64,000 nucleotides of DNA from Moorellales bacterium (GTDB lineage: Bacteria; Bacillota; DSM-521; Neomoorellales; SLTJ01): contig JBNARC010000001.1 of assembly GCA_049719955.1 (NCBI GenBank), positions 1,887-65,886 on the forward strand, given 5' to 3'. This document shows, piece by piece, positions 42,893-53,247 of this stretch. The position numbers and the translations under genes were made by a program. A model generated the notes under the pieces. The model ran no database searches and was not told where the DNA came from. It was given only the letters and a program-made list of their open reading frames with translations. Each line of letters begins with the position of its first letter. Within the stretch, counting starts at the first letter, position 1.

Positions 42893-43189
42893 ATGCGGAT
42901 AGAGGCGGTGAGCGGTACCCCGGTGCTGGCGCCGGCCGGTGCCGGCGAGGAGCAGGGCAGCAAGCCGCTGCGGTCCTTCGGGGAGATCCTGGCCGAAAAG
43001 CTGGCCGAGGTAGACGCCCTCCAGAAGCGGGCGGCGGAGGTACTGGAAGGCTTCTTGACCGGACGGGTTACCGAGGTGCACGAAGTGATGTTGGCCGCCC
43101 AGCAGGCGGAGTTGGCGCTGCAGCTAACGGTGGAAATCCGCAACCGGGTGATCGAGGCCTATCAGGAAGTTGCCAGAATGCAGCTCTAG
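42893..43189 (+). CDS. fliE: Flagellar hook-basal body complex protein FliE
   Basis: It has FGEILAEKLAEVDALQ and VHEVMLAAQQAELALQLTVEIRNRVIEAYQEVARMQ. Confidence 0.85.
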   Translation: MRIEAVSGTPVLAPAGAGEEQGSKPLRSFGEILAEKLAEVDALQKRAAEVLEGFLTGRVTEVHEVMLAAQQAELALQLTVEIRNRVIEAYQEVARMQL

Positions 43190-43212
43190 CCGGAAAGGAA
43201 AGGGAGCCCTAG

Positions 43213-44769
43213 GTGCCGGCGTGGTGGGCGAAACTTAGGGAAAGGTGGGGGGCCGTGCCGGCCGGCCGGCGCACGGCCCTGGTGCTGGCGGTGGCGGCGG
43301 CCCTGGCCGCACTAATCCTGGCGGTGCAACTGGGAGGCCGGGAGAAGTACGTGCCCTTGTTTACCAATCTGGAGCTACCGGAGGCGGCGGAGGTCGTGGC
43401 CAAGCTGAAGGAGGACAAGGTCCCTTACCGTTTGGTGGCCGACGGTACCACCATCCTGGTTCCCGAAAGCAAGGTGTACGACCTGCGGCTGGAGGTAGCG
43501 GGAAGCGGTCTACTGGCCGGCAGCGGGGTGGGCTTCGAGCTCTTTGATAAGACCCAGTTGGGCATGACCGACACCCAGTGGCATCTGAACTACCAGCGGG
43601 CCCTGCAGGAGGAGCTAAGGCGCACTATCGTACAGTACGACCAGATCGAGCAGGCACGCGTGCACCTGGTCATTCCTCAACCCAGCGTGTTCCTGGAGGA
43701 AGCCCGCCCGGCTTCGGCGGCGGTGCTACTGAAGCTTAAGCCTATGGCTAGTCTCACCGCTGAGGAGGTGCGGAGCATCATATACCTGGTGGCCTCCAGC
43801 GTGGAGGGCATGCGGCCGGAGAACGTGCGGGTAGTGGACACCCAGGGCCGGGTGCTGAGCGAGGGGGTACTGCCGGAGGAGGAAGCAGGTGAAAACCTCC
43901 TGGCGGGGGTGAAACAGCAGGAGCTAAAACGGCGATTCGAGCAGGAATTGGAGCGCCGCATCCAACAAAAACTGGAGGCCGTGCTGGGACCGGGCAACGT
44001 GGTGGTGATGGTCACGGCGGATCTGGACTTCAGCCGGCGCGAGGTGACCCGGCTGGAGTACGACGATACCGGCGCGGTGCGCAGCGAGCAGGTGTTGCAG
44101 GAGCAGGGCAACAGTACCGGCGGAGCGGCCTTGCCGGTGGTGGGAGACGCGAACCGCCAGCCCGAGACTTACCTGCAGAGTACTTCCGGCGGGGAGGCCT
44201 CCTACAACCGCTCTCAGACCACCCGGAACTACGAGCTGGGAAAGACCGAAGAAAAGGTGGTCTATGCTCCCGGACGGGTGGAGCGGCTGGCCACCGCGGT
44301 AGTCATCAACGGGCCGGTAGACACCAGCACCCAGCAGCAGATTCGGGAAGTGGTGGAAGCGGCCGCGGGGTACAATCCCCAACGGGGGGACCAGATCGCC
44401 CTCACCAGCATGGCCTTCGACCGCACCTTCCAAACTCAGATGGAGCAGGAAATGGCCCGGGCCGAGGCCGAACTGCGGCGCAGGCAGCAAATCCAGCAGT
44501 ACGTTACCTGGGGGGCCACCGGGGCGGCCCTTTTGGGGGCCTTTATCTTAGGAATGCTGCTGGTGCGGCGGCGTCCAATGCCGGTACCGGTAGAGCTGGC
44601 TCCGGCATTGGAGGCGGCGGGTCCGGTAGTCGAGCCTTCCCGCGAGGAAGAGGTAGTGGCCACCGCCGAGCGGGAGGCACGCGATAAGGTAGAGAGGGTG
44701 CGGGAGATAGTGCGGCGGCGGCCGGAGGAGGCGGTGCAGTTACTCAAGGCCTGGCTGGGGGAGGATTAA
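43213..44769 (+). CDS. fliF: Flagellar M-ring protein FliF
   Basis: It has an N-terminal transmembrane segment, YVPLFTNLELPEAAEVVAKLKEDKVPYRL, LQEELRRTI, and a second transmembrane segment near the C-terminus. Confidence 0.9.
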   Translation: MPAWWAKLRERWGAVPAGRRTALVLAVAAALAALILAVQLGGREKYVPLFTNLELPEAAEVVAKLKEDKVPYRLVADGTTILVPESKVYDLRLEVAGSGLLAGSGVGFELFDKTQLGMTDTQWHLNYQRALQEELRRTIVQYDQIEQARVHLVIPQPSVFLEEARPASAAVLLKLKPMASLTAEEVRSIIYLVASSVEGMRPENVRVVDTQGRVLSEGVLPEEEAGENLLAGVKQQELKRRFEQELERRIQQKLEAVLGPGNVVVMVTADLDFSRREVTRLEYDDTGAVRSEQVLQEQGNSTGGAALPVVGDANRQPETYLQSTSGGEASYNRSQTTRNYELGKTEEKVVYAPGRVERLATAVVINGPVDTSTQQQIREVVEAAAGYNPQRGDQIALTSMAFDRTFQTQMEQEMARAEAELRRRQQIQQYVTWGATGAALLGAFILGMLLVRRRPMPVPVELAPALEAAGPVVEPSREEEVVATAEREARDKVERVREIVRRRPEEAVQLLKAWLGED

Positions 44770-44779
44770 TCATCCGACC

Positions 44780-45799
44780 ATGATGCCGGCGAGCAAGCTT
44801 CAGAAATTGACCGGCCTGCGCAAGGCGGCGGTGCTGCTCATCACCCTGGGACCGGAGTTATCGGCCTCGATCCTAAAACACTTTCCCCAGGAGGACATCG
44901 AGCGCATCAGTTCCGAGATCGCCAACACCTCGGCGGTGCCCCCGGAGGTTCAGCAGGCGGTGGTGGAAGAGTTCCTGGAGCTGAACGAGGTGCAGCAGTA
45001 CATCCTCCGGGGGGGCATTAAGTACGCCCGGGAGGTGCTGGAGCGCACCGTGGGGCCGCAGCGGGCCAGCGAGATAATTCGTAAGCTCACGGAAAGTTCG
45101 GCCATCCGTCCCTTCTCGCTGCTGCGCAAGACCGACCCCCGGCAGCTTCTCAACTTCATTAGCGGCGAGCATCCCCAGACCATCGCCCTCATCCTATCCT
45201 ACCTGGACCCGGAACAGGCGGCAATAATTCTGGGGGCCTTGCCCGAGGAGCAGCAGATCGACATCGCCAAGCGCATTGCTCAAATGGAACGAGCCTCACC
45301 GGAGATAGTGCGCGAGGTGGAGAAGGCGCTGGAGGGCCGCCTTTCCACCGTGGTAGGCCAGGACTTCACCGCGGTAGGCGGGGTGAAGGCCCTGGTAGAC
45401 ATCCTCAACCGGGTAGACCGGGGAACGGAGAAGACCATCCTGGAGGCCCTGGACCAGGAGGATCCGGAGCTGGCAGAGGAAGTTCGCAAACGGATGTTCG
45501 TGTTTGAGGACATCGTCACCCTGGACGACAACTCCATCCGGCGGGTGCTGCGCGAGGTGGACATGAAGGATCTGGCTTACGCCCTGAAGGGCAGCAGCGA
45601 GGAAGTGCGCCAGCGCATCTTCCGCAATATGTCCCAGCGGGCGGGAGAGATGCTGCGGGAAGACATGGAGATGCTGGGGCCGGTGCGTCTGCGAGACGTG
45701 GAGGCCGCTCAGTCCAAGATAGTGCAGATAATCCGGAGGCTGGACGAAACCGGCGAGATTATCATCTCGCGGGGTGGCGAGGATGCCATTGTGGTCTAG
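44780..45799 (+). CDS. fliG: Flagellar motor switch protein FliG
   Basis: It has LTGLRKAAVLLITLGPE and MFVFEDIVTLDDNSIRRVLREVDMKDLAYALKGSSEEVRQRIFRNMSQRA. Confidence 0.9.
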   Translation: MMPASKLQKLTGLRKAAVLLITLGPELSASILKHFPQEDIERISSEIANTSAVPPEVQQAVVEEFLELNEVQQYILRGGIKYAREVLERTVGPQRASEIIRKLTESSAIRPFSLLRKTDPRQLLNFISGEHPQTIALILSYLDPEQAAIILGALPEEQQIDIAKRIAQMERASPEIVREVEKALEGRLSTVVGQDFTAVGGVKALVDILNRVDRGTEKTILEALDQEDPELAEEVRKRMFVFEDIVTLDDNSIRRVLREVDMKDLAYALKGSSEEVRQRIFRNMSQRAGEMLREDMEMLGPVRLRDVEAAQSKIVQIIRRLDETGEIIISRGGEDAIVV

Positions 45800-46550
45800 A
45801 GTGTTCAAGAACGGGGAGGCTCTACCCGACGGCCGCTATCTGGTGGCGGTACGGGTGCCGGCCCTTCCCCAGGGGGGGGTCGGCCGGAACCCAGATGAGG
45901 ACAGGGCCCAAGAGATGGTCCGGGAGGCGGAGGCCCAGTTGGCCCGGGCTCGGGAGGAGGCCGAGGCCCTCTTGCGCCGGGCCGAGGCCCGAAAGGCGGA
46001 GATAGAGAGAACCGCCTTCGAGCAGGGGTACCGTAAAGGATACGCCCAGGCCCTGGAGGAGGCGCGGCGGGAGGCAGAAGCCTTGCGGAGCCAGGCCCGG
46101 GCGGTTCTGGAGGAGGCCAGGCGGCGACGGGAGGAAATGATAGCCGCCGCCGAGCCCGAGGTGGTGGAACTGGCGCTGGAGGTGGCCCGGCAGGTGGTAC
46201 ACCGACAGTTGGCGGTTGAACCCCAGACCGTGGTTTCCGTGGTCCGCGAGGCCTTGCGGCGGCTGCGGGGCCGACGCCAACTGGTAATCTGTCTTAACCC
46301 GGAGGACGTGGCCACGGTGCGCGCCGAACTCGCCCGCCTTCAGGAGGAAATCGGGACCGACGCCTCCCTGCACCTATTGGTCGATCCCGAAATCTCTCCC
46401 GGGGGCTGTCGGGTGGAGTCCGAAGCCGGCCAGGTGGACGCTACCCTGGAGGGCCAGCTTTACCGCCTGGGAGAAGCCTTGCGGGAGCTGGCTAGGGCTC
46501 GGGTCGGGGGCGGGGAAGTACCGGCCGGGGAGGCGAACCCCGGTGCTTAG
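45774..46550 (+). CDS. fliH: Flagellar assembly protein FliH
   Basis: It has a Glu/Ala/Arg-rich coiled coil followed by the FliH/YscL-like C-terminus ([13 protein letters not shown]...[20 protein letters not shown]). It sits between fliG and fliI. Confidence 0.7.
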   Translation: MARMPLWSRVFKNGEALPDGRYLVAVRVPALPQGGVGRNPDEDRAQEMVREAEAQLARAREEAEALLRRAEARKAEIERTAFEQGYRKGYAQALEEARREAEALRSQARAVLEEARRRREEMIAAAEPEVVELALEVARQVVHRQLAVEPQTVVSVVREALRRLRGRRQLVICLNPEDVATVRAELARLQEEIGTDASLHLLVDPEISPGGCRVESEAGQVDATLEGQLYRLGEALRELARARVGGGEVPAGEANPGA

Positions 46551-47844
46551 CCTGGCCGCCTATCGGGAGCTGGCCCGAAGCTTCGACCCCCTGGAAGTTT
46601 CCGGCCGGGTGACCCGGGTAATCGGGCTTACCGTAGAGGTGGCCGGGCTGGAGCTTCCGGTAGGCGAACTTTGCCTGGTGGGTGCCGCAGAAGCGCCGGT
46701 AGTGGCGGAAGTGGTGGGCTTCCGGGAGGGGGTAGCCATACTGCTGCCTTTGGGCGAGTTGGGCGGCATCGCTCCCGGCCAGAAGGTAGTGCCCACCGGT
46801 CGCTCCCACGTGATCGGGGTGGGGCGCCAACTCCTGGGCCGGGTGTTGGACGGACTGGGCCGTCCCCTCGACGGCCGTCCCCTGCCGCCGCCGGAGGCCT
46901 GGTATCCGGTGAAGGGGTCGGTTCCCAACCCGCTTTCCCGCCGTCGCATCACCGAGGCCCTGCCCACCGGAGTGCGGGCCATAGACGGCCTGCTTACCCT
47001 GGGCCGGGGGCAGCGGATGGGGATCTTTGCCGGTAGCGGGGTCGGAAAGAGCACCCTTCTAGGCATGATCGCCCGGCACAGTCGGGCGGAGGTGAACGTT
47101 ATCGCCCTGATCGGCGAGCGGGGGCGGGAGGTGCTGGACTTCCTGGAAAGGGATCTGGGGCCGGAGGGCCGGGGGCGATCGGTGGTGGTGGTGGCCACCT
47201 CCGACCAGCCGGCGCTGGTGCGGGTCAAGGGGGCGTTGGTGGCCACGGCCATTGCCGAGTACTTCCGCGACCGGGGAGCACAGGTCATGCTGATGATGGA
47301 TTCCCTCACCCGTCTGGCCATGGCCCAGAGGGAGGTGGGACTGGCGGTGGGCGAGCCTCCCACGGCCCGGGGATACACTCCCTCGGTGTTTGCCCTGCTG
47401 CCGCAGTTGCTGGAACGGGCGGGCCAGACGTCGCAGGGCTCCATCACCGGCTTGTACACCGTGCTGGTGGACGGGGATGACTTCAACGAACCCATTAGCG
47501 ACGCCGCCCGGGCCATTCTGGACGGGCACATTGTGCTCTCCCGGCGGCTGGCAGCCCGCAACCACTTTCCGGCCATCGAGGTATCGGCCAGCGTGAGCCG
47601 GCTGATGTCCGAGGTGGTTTCCGCCCGGCACCGGGAGGCCGCCGGCCAGTTGCGGGACCTCCTGGCCGCCTACGAGCAGGTGGAAGACCTGATCCACATC
47701 GGTGCCTACCAGAAGGGCACCAATCCCCGCGTGGACCGGGCGGTGGAAAGGTACGACCGCATCATGGCCTTCCTGCGGCAGAAGCTAGAGGAGTACAGCC
47801 CTCTTGAACAAACCCTGGCGGGGCTGGAGGCGCTGGTGGCCTAG
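46543..47844 (+). CDS. fliI: Flagellum-specific ATP synthase FliI
   Basis: It has Walker [18 protein letters not shown], Walker [11 protein letters not shown], and [11 protein letters not shown]. Confidence 0.9.
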   Translation: MLSLAAYRELARSFDPLEVSGRVTRVIGLTVEVAGLELPVGELCLVGAAEAPVVAEVVGFREGVAILLPLGELGGIAPGQKVVPTGRSHVIGVGRQLLGRVLDGLGRPLDGRPLPPPEAWYPVKGSVPNPLSRRRITEALPTGVRAIDGLLTLGRGQRMGIFAGSGVGKSTLLGMIARHSRAEVNVIALIGERGREVLDFLERDLGPEGRGRSVVVVATSDQPALVRVKGALVATAIAEYFRDRGAQVMLMMDSLTRLAMAQREVGLAVGEPPTARGYTPSVFALLPQLLERAGQTSQGSITGLYTVLVDGDDFNEPISDAARAILDGHIVLSRRLAARNHFPAIEVSASVSRLMSEVVSARHREAAGQLRDLLAAYEQVEDLIHIGAYQKGTNPRVDRAVERYDRIMAFLRQKLEEYSPLEQTLAGLEALVA

Positions 47845-47855
47845 GAGGGTGGGAC

Positions 47856-48317
47856 ATGGGCCGCTACCGTTTTTCTTTAGAAGGAGTACTCCGTTACCGA
47901 CGCTTCCGGGAGGAAGAGGAGATGCGCGGGCTGGCAGCGGCGTACCGCCGCCGGCGGCGGGCGGAGAAGGAACTGGCCGCGCGCTGTCGGGAGTTAGCCG
48001 GCCGGCAGGAAGAGCCCATCGACTCCCGTTGGATACTGGCGGAGCAGTTTCACCGGGCGGCATATCTAGACCTTCTGGCCCGGAGGGTGCATGAGGGTCG
48101 GGCCGAGGTGGAACGGGTGTGCCGGGAGGTGGGGGAGTGGGAGCGCCGGGCCACCAAAGCGGCCCAGGAGCGTCGGGCCTTGGAGCGGTTGAAAGAGCAG
48201 CGTTTGGAACAGTGGCGCTATGAGGAGGGAAGGCGCAGCCAGCGCGAGGCGGACGAGATGGTGTTGCTTCGCTACGGCCGCGGTGACGGGAGCCGGAAAG
48301 GAGGTGAGGCTTATTGA
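47856..48317 (+). CDS. fliJ: Flagellar export protein FliJ
   Basis: It is a 153-aa charged coiled-coil protein (RFSLEGVLRYRRFREEEE...) directly after fliI. Confidence 0.7.
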   Translation: MGRYRFSLEGVLRYRRFREEEEMRGLAAAYRRRRRAEKELAARCRELAGRQEEPIDSRWILAEQFHRAAYLDLLARRVHEGRAEVERVCREVGEWERRATKAAQERRALERLKEQRLEQWRYEEGRRSQREADEMVLLRYGRGDGSRKGGEAY

Positions 48318-49414
48318 CGGCAGTGGCGCAAGTGGCGGTCGAGAACCCGGCGGCGGGCTTGAGGGAAACCCCGGCGCGCGAATCCGAAGCGGATGCGGAT
48401 TTTGCCGCGTGTCTGGCGTTGCTTCTTTTCGCGCCGGCGGGGTTGGCCCCTCTCGGGGGTGAACTTGCTGCCGGCCCGAATGCCGACGGCCTGGGGAGCC
48501 CGGCTTCCGCCCCCCCAGCCGGGGTGGGGGACCGGGTACCGCCAGATCCGTTCGGTCCGTTGCTGCCGGCCGACGCCCGGGCTGCCGGTAGCTTGGGCGA
48601 AGAGACCGCGGCGGCTTTGGTAGCGGCCGGGACGCAAGAGGCGCAGACAGCGTTAGGAGAAAGTCTGGGGAAAGGTTCGGTCGAGCCGGTGGCCGAAGGC
48701 CGCCTCCTTGGGAGCCTTTCTGGTGACTTTCCCGTGACGGACGCTTCCGAGGTGGACGCCGGGGCGGGCCGCGTCCCGCCGCCAGGACCGGGATTCCAGA
48801 CCGAGGGCCGGAATTCGGAGAGCCCCGAAAGGTTTTTGGCGCCCGGGGCGGAAGGGCAAGGGCCTAAGGATCGGCAAACCGCCGGAATCCTACGGCCTGA
48901 TAGCCTGGGGACCCGCCAATGGGGCGGAGTAGAGGCCCAGGCGGCGGTTAAGGAAGCGGGGGGCAGAGAGGTTTCGGCTCCCACCGGCGGGGCCGAAGCC
49001 GCCGCGCCGGAGGCGCTGCTGGCCCGGGAACTGGTGGAGCGGGGTCTGGCGGTGTGGCAGCACGGGTACGGCTACATGCGGCTGAAACTGAAACCCGAGT
49101 TTTTGGGACAGGTGGAGTTACAGGTGAGCAGCCGTTTGGGCCGGCTGGTGGCGCAAGTGGTGGTGGAAAGCGAGGTGGTGCGGAACCTGGTCCAGGCCAG
49201 CTTCGCTCACCTGCGGGACAACCTGGCCCAGTACGGTCTCAGTCTGGAACGGCTCAGCGTGGAAGTAGGCGGAAACGGAAACGGTTCGACCGGTTCCCAA
49301 TTCCCATTTCAGGAGCCGGGACATTTCGGTCGTCCCGCTCACGCGTTCGGCTGGAGCGGGGGCCAGACTCGGCCGCAAGCGGCGGGCAGATCCTTGTTGA
49401 ACTGCCTGGCCTAG
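48314..49414 (+). CDS. fliK: Flagellar hook-length control protein FliK-like
   Basis: It has a low-complexity Ala/Gly/Pro N-terminal region and a C-terminal Flg_hook-like domain (MRLKLKPEFLGQVELQVSSRLGRLVAQVVVESEVVRNLV). Confidence 0.65.
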   Translation: MTAVAQVAVENPAAGLRETPARESEADADFAACLALLLFAPAGLAPLGGELAAGPNADGLGSPASAPPAGVGDRVPPDPFGPLLPADARAAGSLGEETAAALVAAGTQEAQTALGESLGKGSVEPVAEGRLLGSLSGDFPVTDASEVDAGAGRVPPPGPGFQTEGRNSESPERFLAPGAEGQGPKDRQTAGILRPDSLGTRQWGGVEAQAAVKEAGGREVSAPTGGAEAAAPEALLARELVERGLAVWQHGYGYMRLKLKPEFLGQVELQVSSRLGRLVAQVVVESEVVRNLVQASFAHLRDNLAQYGLSLERLSVEVGGNGNGSTGSQFPFQEPGHFGRPAHAFGWSGGQTRPQAAGRSLLNCLA

Positions 49415-49450
49415 AGCGGGTTGGCGAGTGAGGAACGGGAGGGGAAACGT

Positions 49451-49945
49451 ATGGCGGTGGAAGCGGTAGGCGCCGCCACGGGAAACCAAAAGACTGCGTC
49501 CGGCACCCGGGGAACGCTGGGGCTTACCGGCGAGGACTTCCTCCAGCTTCTGGTGGCTCAGTTGCGCTACCAGAACCCGCTGGCGCCGATGGACAACCTT
49601 CAGTTCATGACCCAGCTTGCCCAGTTTGCCGTACTCCAGGAGATGGTCACTTTGCGCGGCGAACTGGAGGAAGCTAAGCAGCAGCTTGAAGAACTGGGGC
49701 GGGCCAGCCTGGCCGAACAGGAAGCCTGGCGGGCCTTGAACCTCATGGGCCATGAGGTCAGTGCGAAAGACGCCGAAGGACACATCTATACCGGGGTAGT
49801 AACCGGGGTGCGCTTGGTTGATGGGGTGCCTTACCTGCTGCTGGGCGAGGTAGCGGTGAAGCTGGACGAGGTGCTGGAGGTGCGGTCGCCGGCGGAGACC
49901 GAAGCCAGGGTGGAGACGGAAGAGGAACAGAGCGGCTCGGCCTGA
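49451..49945 (+). CDS. flgD: Flagellar hook capping/assembly protein FlgD
   Basis: It has LTGEDFLQLLVAQLRYQNPLAPMDNLQFMTQLAQFAVLQEM. ATG 49451 follows GGGAGGGG. The track start is 49421. Confidence 0.8.
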   Translation: MAVEAVGAATGNQKTASGTRGTLGLTGEDFLQLLVAQLRYQNPLAPMDNLQFMTQLAQFAVLQEMVTLRGELEEAKQQLEELGRASLAEQEAWRALNLMGHEVSAKDAEGHIYTGVVTGVRLVDGVPYLLLGEVAVKLDEVLEVRSPAETEARVETEEEQSGSA

Positions 49946-49964
49946 TCCGGGCAGGGAGGAAGCC

Positions 49965-50339
49965 ATGACGGAGCGGATAGGATCCGTGCGGTCGGGAGCG
50001 TTACCAGTGGCTACTCAGGGCGCGCCGACTTCTCCGGTAGCGGGCCTGAGCTTCGAGGACGTGTTGCGGCAGAAGCTGGCCACCGCCGAGGTGCGCTTTT
50101 CCCAGCACGCTCTGGCGCGACTGCAAAGCCGGGAAATAGTGCTGTCTGCCGGACACCTCGAGCGCCTCGGCCGGGCGGTTTCTCTGGCCGCGGCCAAGGG
50201 GGCCAGGGAATCCTTGGTGCTTATGGACGATTTGGCCTTGTTGGTAAGCGTTTCCAATCGTACGGTAATTACCGCCCTCAAGGGGGCGGAAAAGCGGGAG
50301 CGGGTGTACACCAACATCGACAGCGCGGTCATTATCTAG
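49965..50339 (+). CDS. Small 'flagellar operon protein' found between flgD and flgE in many Firmicutes
   Basis: Position and the segment FSQHALARLQSREIVLS...SLVLMDDLALLVSVSNRTVITAL resemble that conserved small family. This is from recall and was not searched. Confidence 0.55.
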   Translation: MTERIGSVRSGALPVATQGAPTSPVAGLSFEDVLRQKLATAEVRFSQHALARLQSREIVLSAGHLERLGRAVSLAAAKGARESLVLMDDLALLVSVSNRTVITALKGAEKRERVYTNIDSAVII

Positions 50340-50421
50340 CGGGGCGGACCTCTGCCGAGGGGCCCCGGGGCGGGCGGACCGACCGAAGCCCGCCCAGACC
50401 ACGAGGGAGGTCGACTCTCTT

Positions 50422-51297
50422 ATGATGCGTTCCATGTACGCGGCGGTGGCCGGCCTGCGTAACCACCAGATCCGCATGGACGTCATCGGCAACAACATCG
50501 CCAACGTCAACACCGTGGGCTTCAAATCCAGCCGGGTGACCTTTCAGGACACGTTTTACCAGATGATCCGGGCGGGATCGGCGCCGGATCTGGAGGGCGG
50601 AGTGGGCGGTACCGCTCCCCGCCAGGTGGGTATTGGTATGGCGCTCAACAGCATCGACACCTATTTTACCCAGGGCGCGGTGCTGCCTACCGGCAACTTT
50701 ACGGACTTGATGATCCAGGGCGACGGGCTGTTCATGGTGAGCGCCAATCCCGAAGCTCAGGTGGAGGCCGGCGCCACCGAAGCCCCTTCGGCCGAAGTTC
50801 TTTATACCCGGGCAGGCGTTTTTGGCTTTGATGCTGCGGGCAATCTGGTGAATAAGGCTAACGGCATGTACGTGCTGGGTGCCGAGGTGGCCGAAGACGG
50901 AACCTACGGTAGCACCTTTGGTAAGATCACTATTGAGGACTTTGCCTCGGCCAACACCGTGACCCTCAACTCCCGGGGCGAGATAGTGGTGGACGGGGTC
51001 CCCAAGTTCGTGGTGGGGTTAGCTAAGTTTCCCTCGCCGGAGGGATTGACCAAGGCCGGCCAGAATCTTTTCGCCGTCGATCCCAGTGCCGGTGTCCCCC
51101 AGATCGGCACCGCGGGCAACAGCGAGGCCGGTTTGGGCAATACCACCATCGTGCCGGGGGCGCTGGAGATGTCCAACGTGGACCTGGCCCTGGAGTTCAC
51201 GGAGATGATCACCACCCAGCGGGGTTTCCAGGCCAACGCCCGCACCATCACCACCTCGGACGAGATGCTTCAGGAACTGGTGAACCTCAAGCGTTAA
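50422..51297 (+). CDS. flgE: Flagellar hook protein FlgE (short Firmicutes type)
   Basis: It has MRSMYAAVAGLRNHQIRMDVIGNNIANVNTVGFK and the C-terminal GALEMSNVDLALEFTEMITTQRGFQANARTITTSDEMLQELVNLKR. Confidence 0.8.
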   Translation: MMRSMYAAVAGLRNHQIRMDVIGNNIANVNTVGFKSSRVTFQDTFYQMIRAGSAPDLEGGVGGTAPRQVGIGMALNSIDTYFTQGAVLPTGNFTDLMIQGDGLFMVSANPEAQVEAGATEAPSAEVLYTRAGVFGFDAAGNLVNKANGMYVLGAEVAEDGTYGSTFGKITIEDFASANTVTLNSRGEIVVDGVPKFVVGLAKFPSPEGLTKAGQNLFAVDPSAGVPQIGTAGNSEAGLGNTTIVPGALEMSNVDLALEFTEMITTQRGFQANARTITTSDEMLQELVNLKR

Positions 51298-51357
51298 GAG
51301 GCTATTGGGGGGCAGGAGGGTGGCTCCTGCCCCCGGCGAATTTGAGGAGGCAGGAAG

Positions 51358-51576
51358 TTGATTAAGGTGACTGCGCTGGACGGCCGGGAGATCGTGCTCA
51401 ACGCCGAGCTGATCGAGCGGGTGGAGACGGTTCCGGAAACGGTGATCAGCCTGGTGACCGGCAAGAAGGTCCTGGTGCGGGACACGGTGGAGGAGATAGT
51501 GGACAAGGTCGTAGCCTACCGCCGGCGGGTAGGGTCCCAGCTCGTGCCGGCTACGATCGGGCGGGACGAGGGTTAG
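51358..51576 (+). CDS. flbD: Flagellar protein FlbD
   Basis: The sequence MIKVTALDGREIVLNAELIERVETVPETVISLVTGKKVLVRDTVEEIVDKVVAY is FlbD-like. Confidence 0.8.
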   Translation: MIKVTALDGREIVLNAELIERVETVPETVISLVTGKKVLVRDTVEEIVDKVVAYRRRVGSQLVPATIGRDEG

Positions 51577-51617
51577 GGGTCAGAGGGGCCCGAGCCGGAC
51601 TACGAGGTGAAGGCAGC

Positions 51618-52436
51618 GTGCGCAAAACGGATGTGCTAACCATCGTGGGGATACTATGCGGGTTTGCCGCCATCCTGCTTGCCATCCAAATGGGCGGCAC
51701 CCTTAAGATGTTTATCAATATCCCCTCGATTTTGATCACTGTGGTGGGCTCCTTTTCGGCCATTCTGATCCACTTCGGCATGGATGAGGTGAAAAGCGTT
51801 CTTGCCATCACCGGCCATGCCTTCCGGGCCCCGGACTGGAAACCGGCGGAACTGATCAGCCTGTTAACCGATCTGGCCCGCAAGGCCCGGCGGGAGGGTC
51901 TTTTGGCTCTGGAGGACGACATCAACCGGGTGGACGACCCCTTCTTCCAGAAGGGCTTGCGCATGGTGGTGGACGCCATCGACCCGGAGGTGATTCGGGA
52001 GGTTCTGGAGACCGATATCGAGTGCACCGAGGAGCGGCACCAGCGCGGCCAGCGGGTTTACCGGGCCTGGGCCAGCCTGGCCCCGGCTTTCGGGATGATT
52101 GGAACCCTTATAGGCTTAATTCAGATGCTGGCCAAGCTGGACGATCCCAGCGCCCTCGGTCCGGGCATGGCCGTAGCCCTGATTACCACCTTCTACGGCA
52201 GCATTATGGCCAACCTGCTTTTTACCCCGTTGGCCGGGAAGCTGGCCCTGCGCGGGGAGGAGGAAATGCTGGTGCGCCGTCTGGTTCTGGAGGGGCTGAT
52301 CTCCATCCAGTCGGGTATGAATCCGCGGCTCCTGGAGGAGAAGTTAAAGTCCTTCCTACCTCCCAAGGTCAGGGCGGGGGCGGCCGTCGAGTCGCGGGCA
52401 GCGGTGGGCGAAGAGGTCCGTCGCCCCGCCTACTAG
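51618..52436 (+). CDS. motA: Flagellar motor stator protein MotA
   Basis: It has four transmembrane segments and the MotA/TolQ/ExbB signature region (APAFGMIGTLIGLIQML...MAVALITTFYG). Confidence 0.85.
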   Translation: MRKTDVLTIVGILCGFAAILLAIQMGGTLKMFINIPSILITVVGSFSAILIHFGMDEVKSVLAITGHAFRAPDWKPAELISLLTDLARKARREGLLALEDDINRVDDPFFQKGLRMVVDAIDPEVIREVLETDIECTEERHQRGQRVYRAWASLAPAFGMIGTLIGLIQMLAKLDDPSALGPGMAVALITTFYGSIMANLLFTPLAGKLALRGEEEMLVRRLVLEGLISIQSGMNPRLLEEKLKSFLPPKVRAGAAVESRAAVGEEVRRPAY

Positions 52437-52467
52437 GCCTGGTTGGGTTTCGGGGGAGGGAAAAGCC

Positions 52468-53247
52468 GTGTTAGGGCGCCGGCGACGGCAGGAAGAGGAG
52501 AATGCGGGTCCGGGGGAGTGGATACTCACCTATTCGGATTTTATTACCCTGGTGCTCACCTTCTTCATCTTGCTGTACTCCTTTTCCAATCTGGACGTGC
52601 AGAAGTTCCGGGTATTCATCGCCTCGTTCCAAGGAGTTGGCATAATGAACCAAGGGCCGCAGCCACTGGAAAACCAAAGAATCCAGATCGAGCAGGAGCA
52701 AATTCCTATGTTTCAACCCAATCCTTCCATTTTAGAGGCGGCCCAGCGGGAGCAGCAGAAGGTGCAGGAGATTTTCGCCCAGGTAAAGGCTTACTTGGAG
52801 CAGAACGGACTGGAGGACAAGGTGGAGCTGCGCTATACCGACCGGGGGGTGGCGCTGGACGTAAAGGAGCGCATCCTTTTTGACACCGGCAAGGCGGACC
52901 TGAAGCCGGAGGCCAGAACCGTGCTGGACCGGCTGGCCGGGCTTTTCGGCCGCCTGCCCTACCAAATTCAGGTAGAGGGGCACACCGACATCCGCCCCAT
53001 ACATACGGTGGAGTTTCCCACCAATTGGGAGCTTTCCACCGCCCGTTCCGCGCGGGTGGTGCGCTATTTCACCGAGGTTCACGGTCTGGACCCGCGCAAG
53101 TTTGCGGCCGTAGGTTACGGAGAGTTTCGCCCCCTGGTGCCGAACGATAGCGAGGAGAACATGGCCCTGAACCGGCGGGTAGTCATGGTGATACTGGTGG
53201 CAGAAGCAGCCGAAACCGGAGGGAGCTTACTTGGCCAAGGGCATTAA
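52468..53247 (+). CDS. motB: Flagellar motor stator protein MotB
   Basis: The N-terminus WILTYSDFITLVLTFFILLYS contains the conserved Asp. The C-terminal domain is OmpA-like (GHTDIRPI...NWELSTARSARVVRYF...NRRV). Confidence 0.85.
   Translation: MLGRRRRQEEENAGPGEWILTYSDFITLVLTFFILLYSFSNLDVQKFRVFIASFQGVGIMNQGPQPLENQRIQIEQEQIPMFQPNPSILEAAQREQQKVQEIFAQVKAYLEQNGLEDKVELRYTDRGVALDVKERILFDTGKADLKPEARTVLDRLAGLFGRLPYQIQVEGHTDIRPIHTVEFPTNWELSTARSARVVRYFTEVHGLDPRKFAAVGYGEFRPLVPNDSEENMALNRRVVMVILVAEAAETGGSLLGQGH

Noticed and set aside
46560-48984. Long antisense ORFs: 338 aa at 46560-47576 and 399 aa at 47785-48984, opposite fliI, fliJ and fliK.
   Set aside because: The products are low-complexity Pro/Arg/Ser/Ala-rich sequences. 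They are antisense to genes with unmistakable motifs, such as the FliI Walker boxes, so they are GC-driven artefacts.
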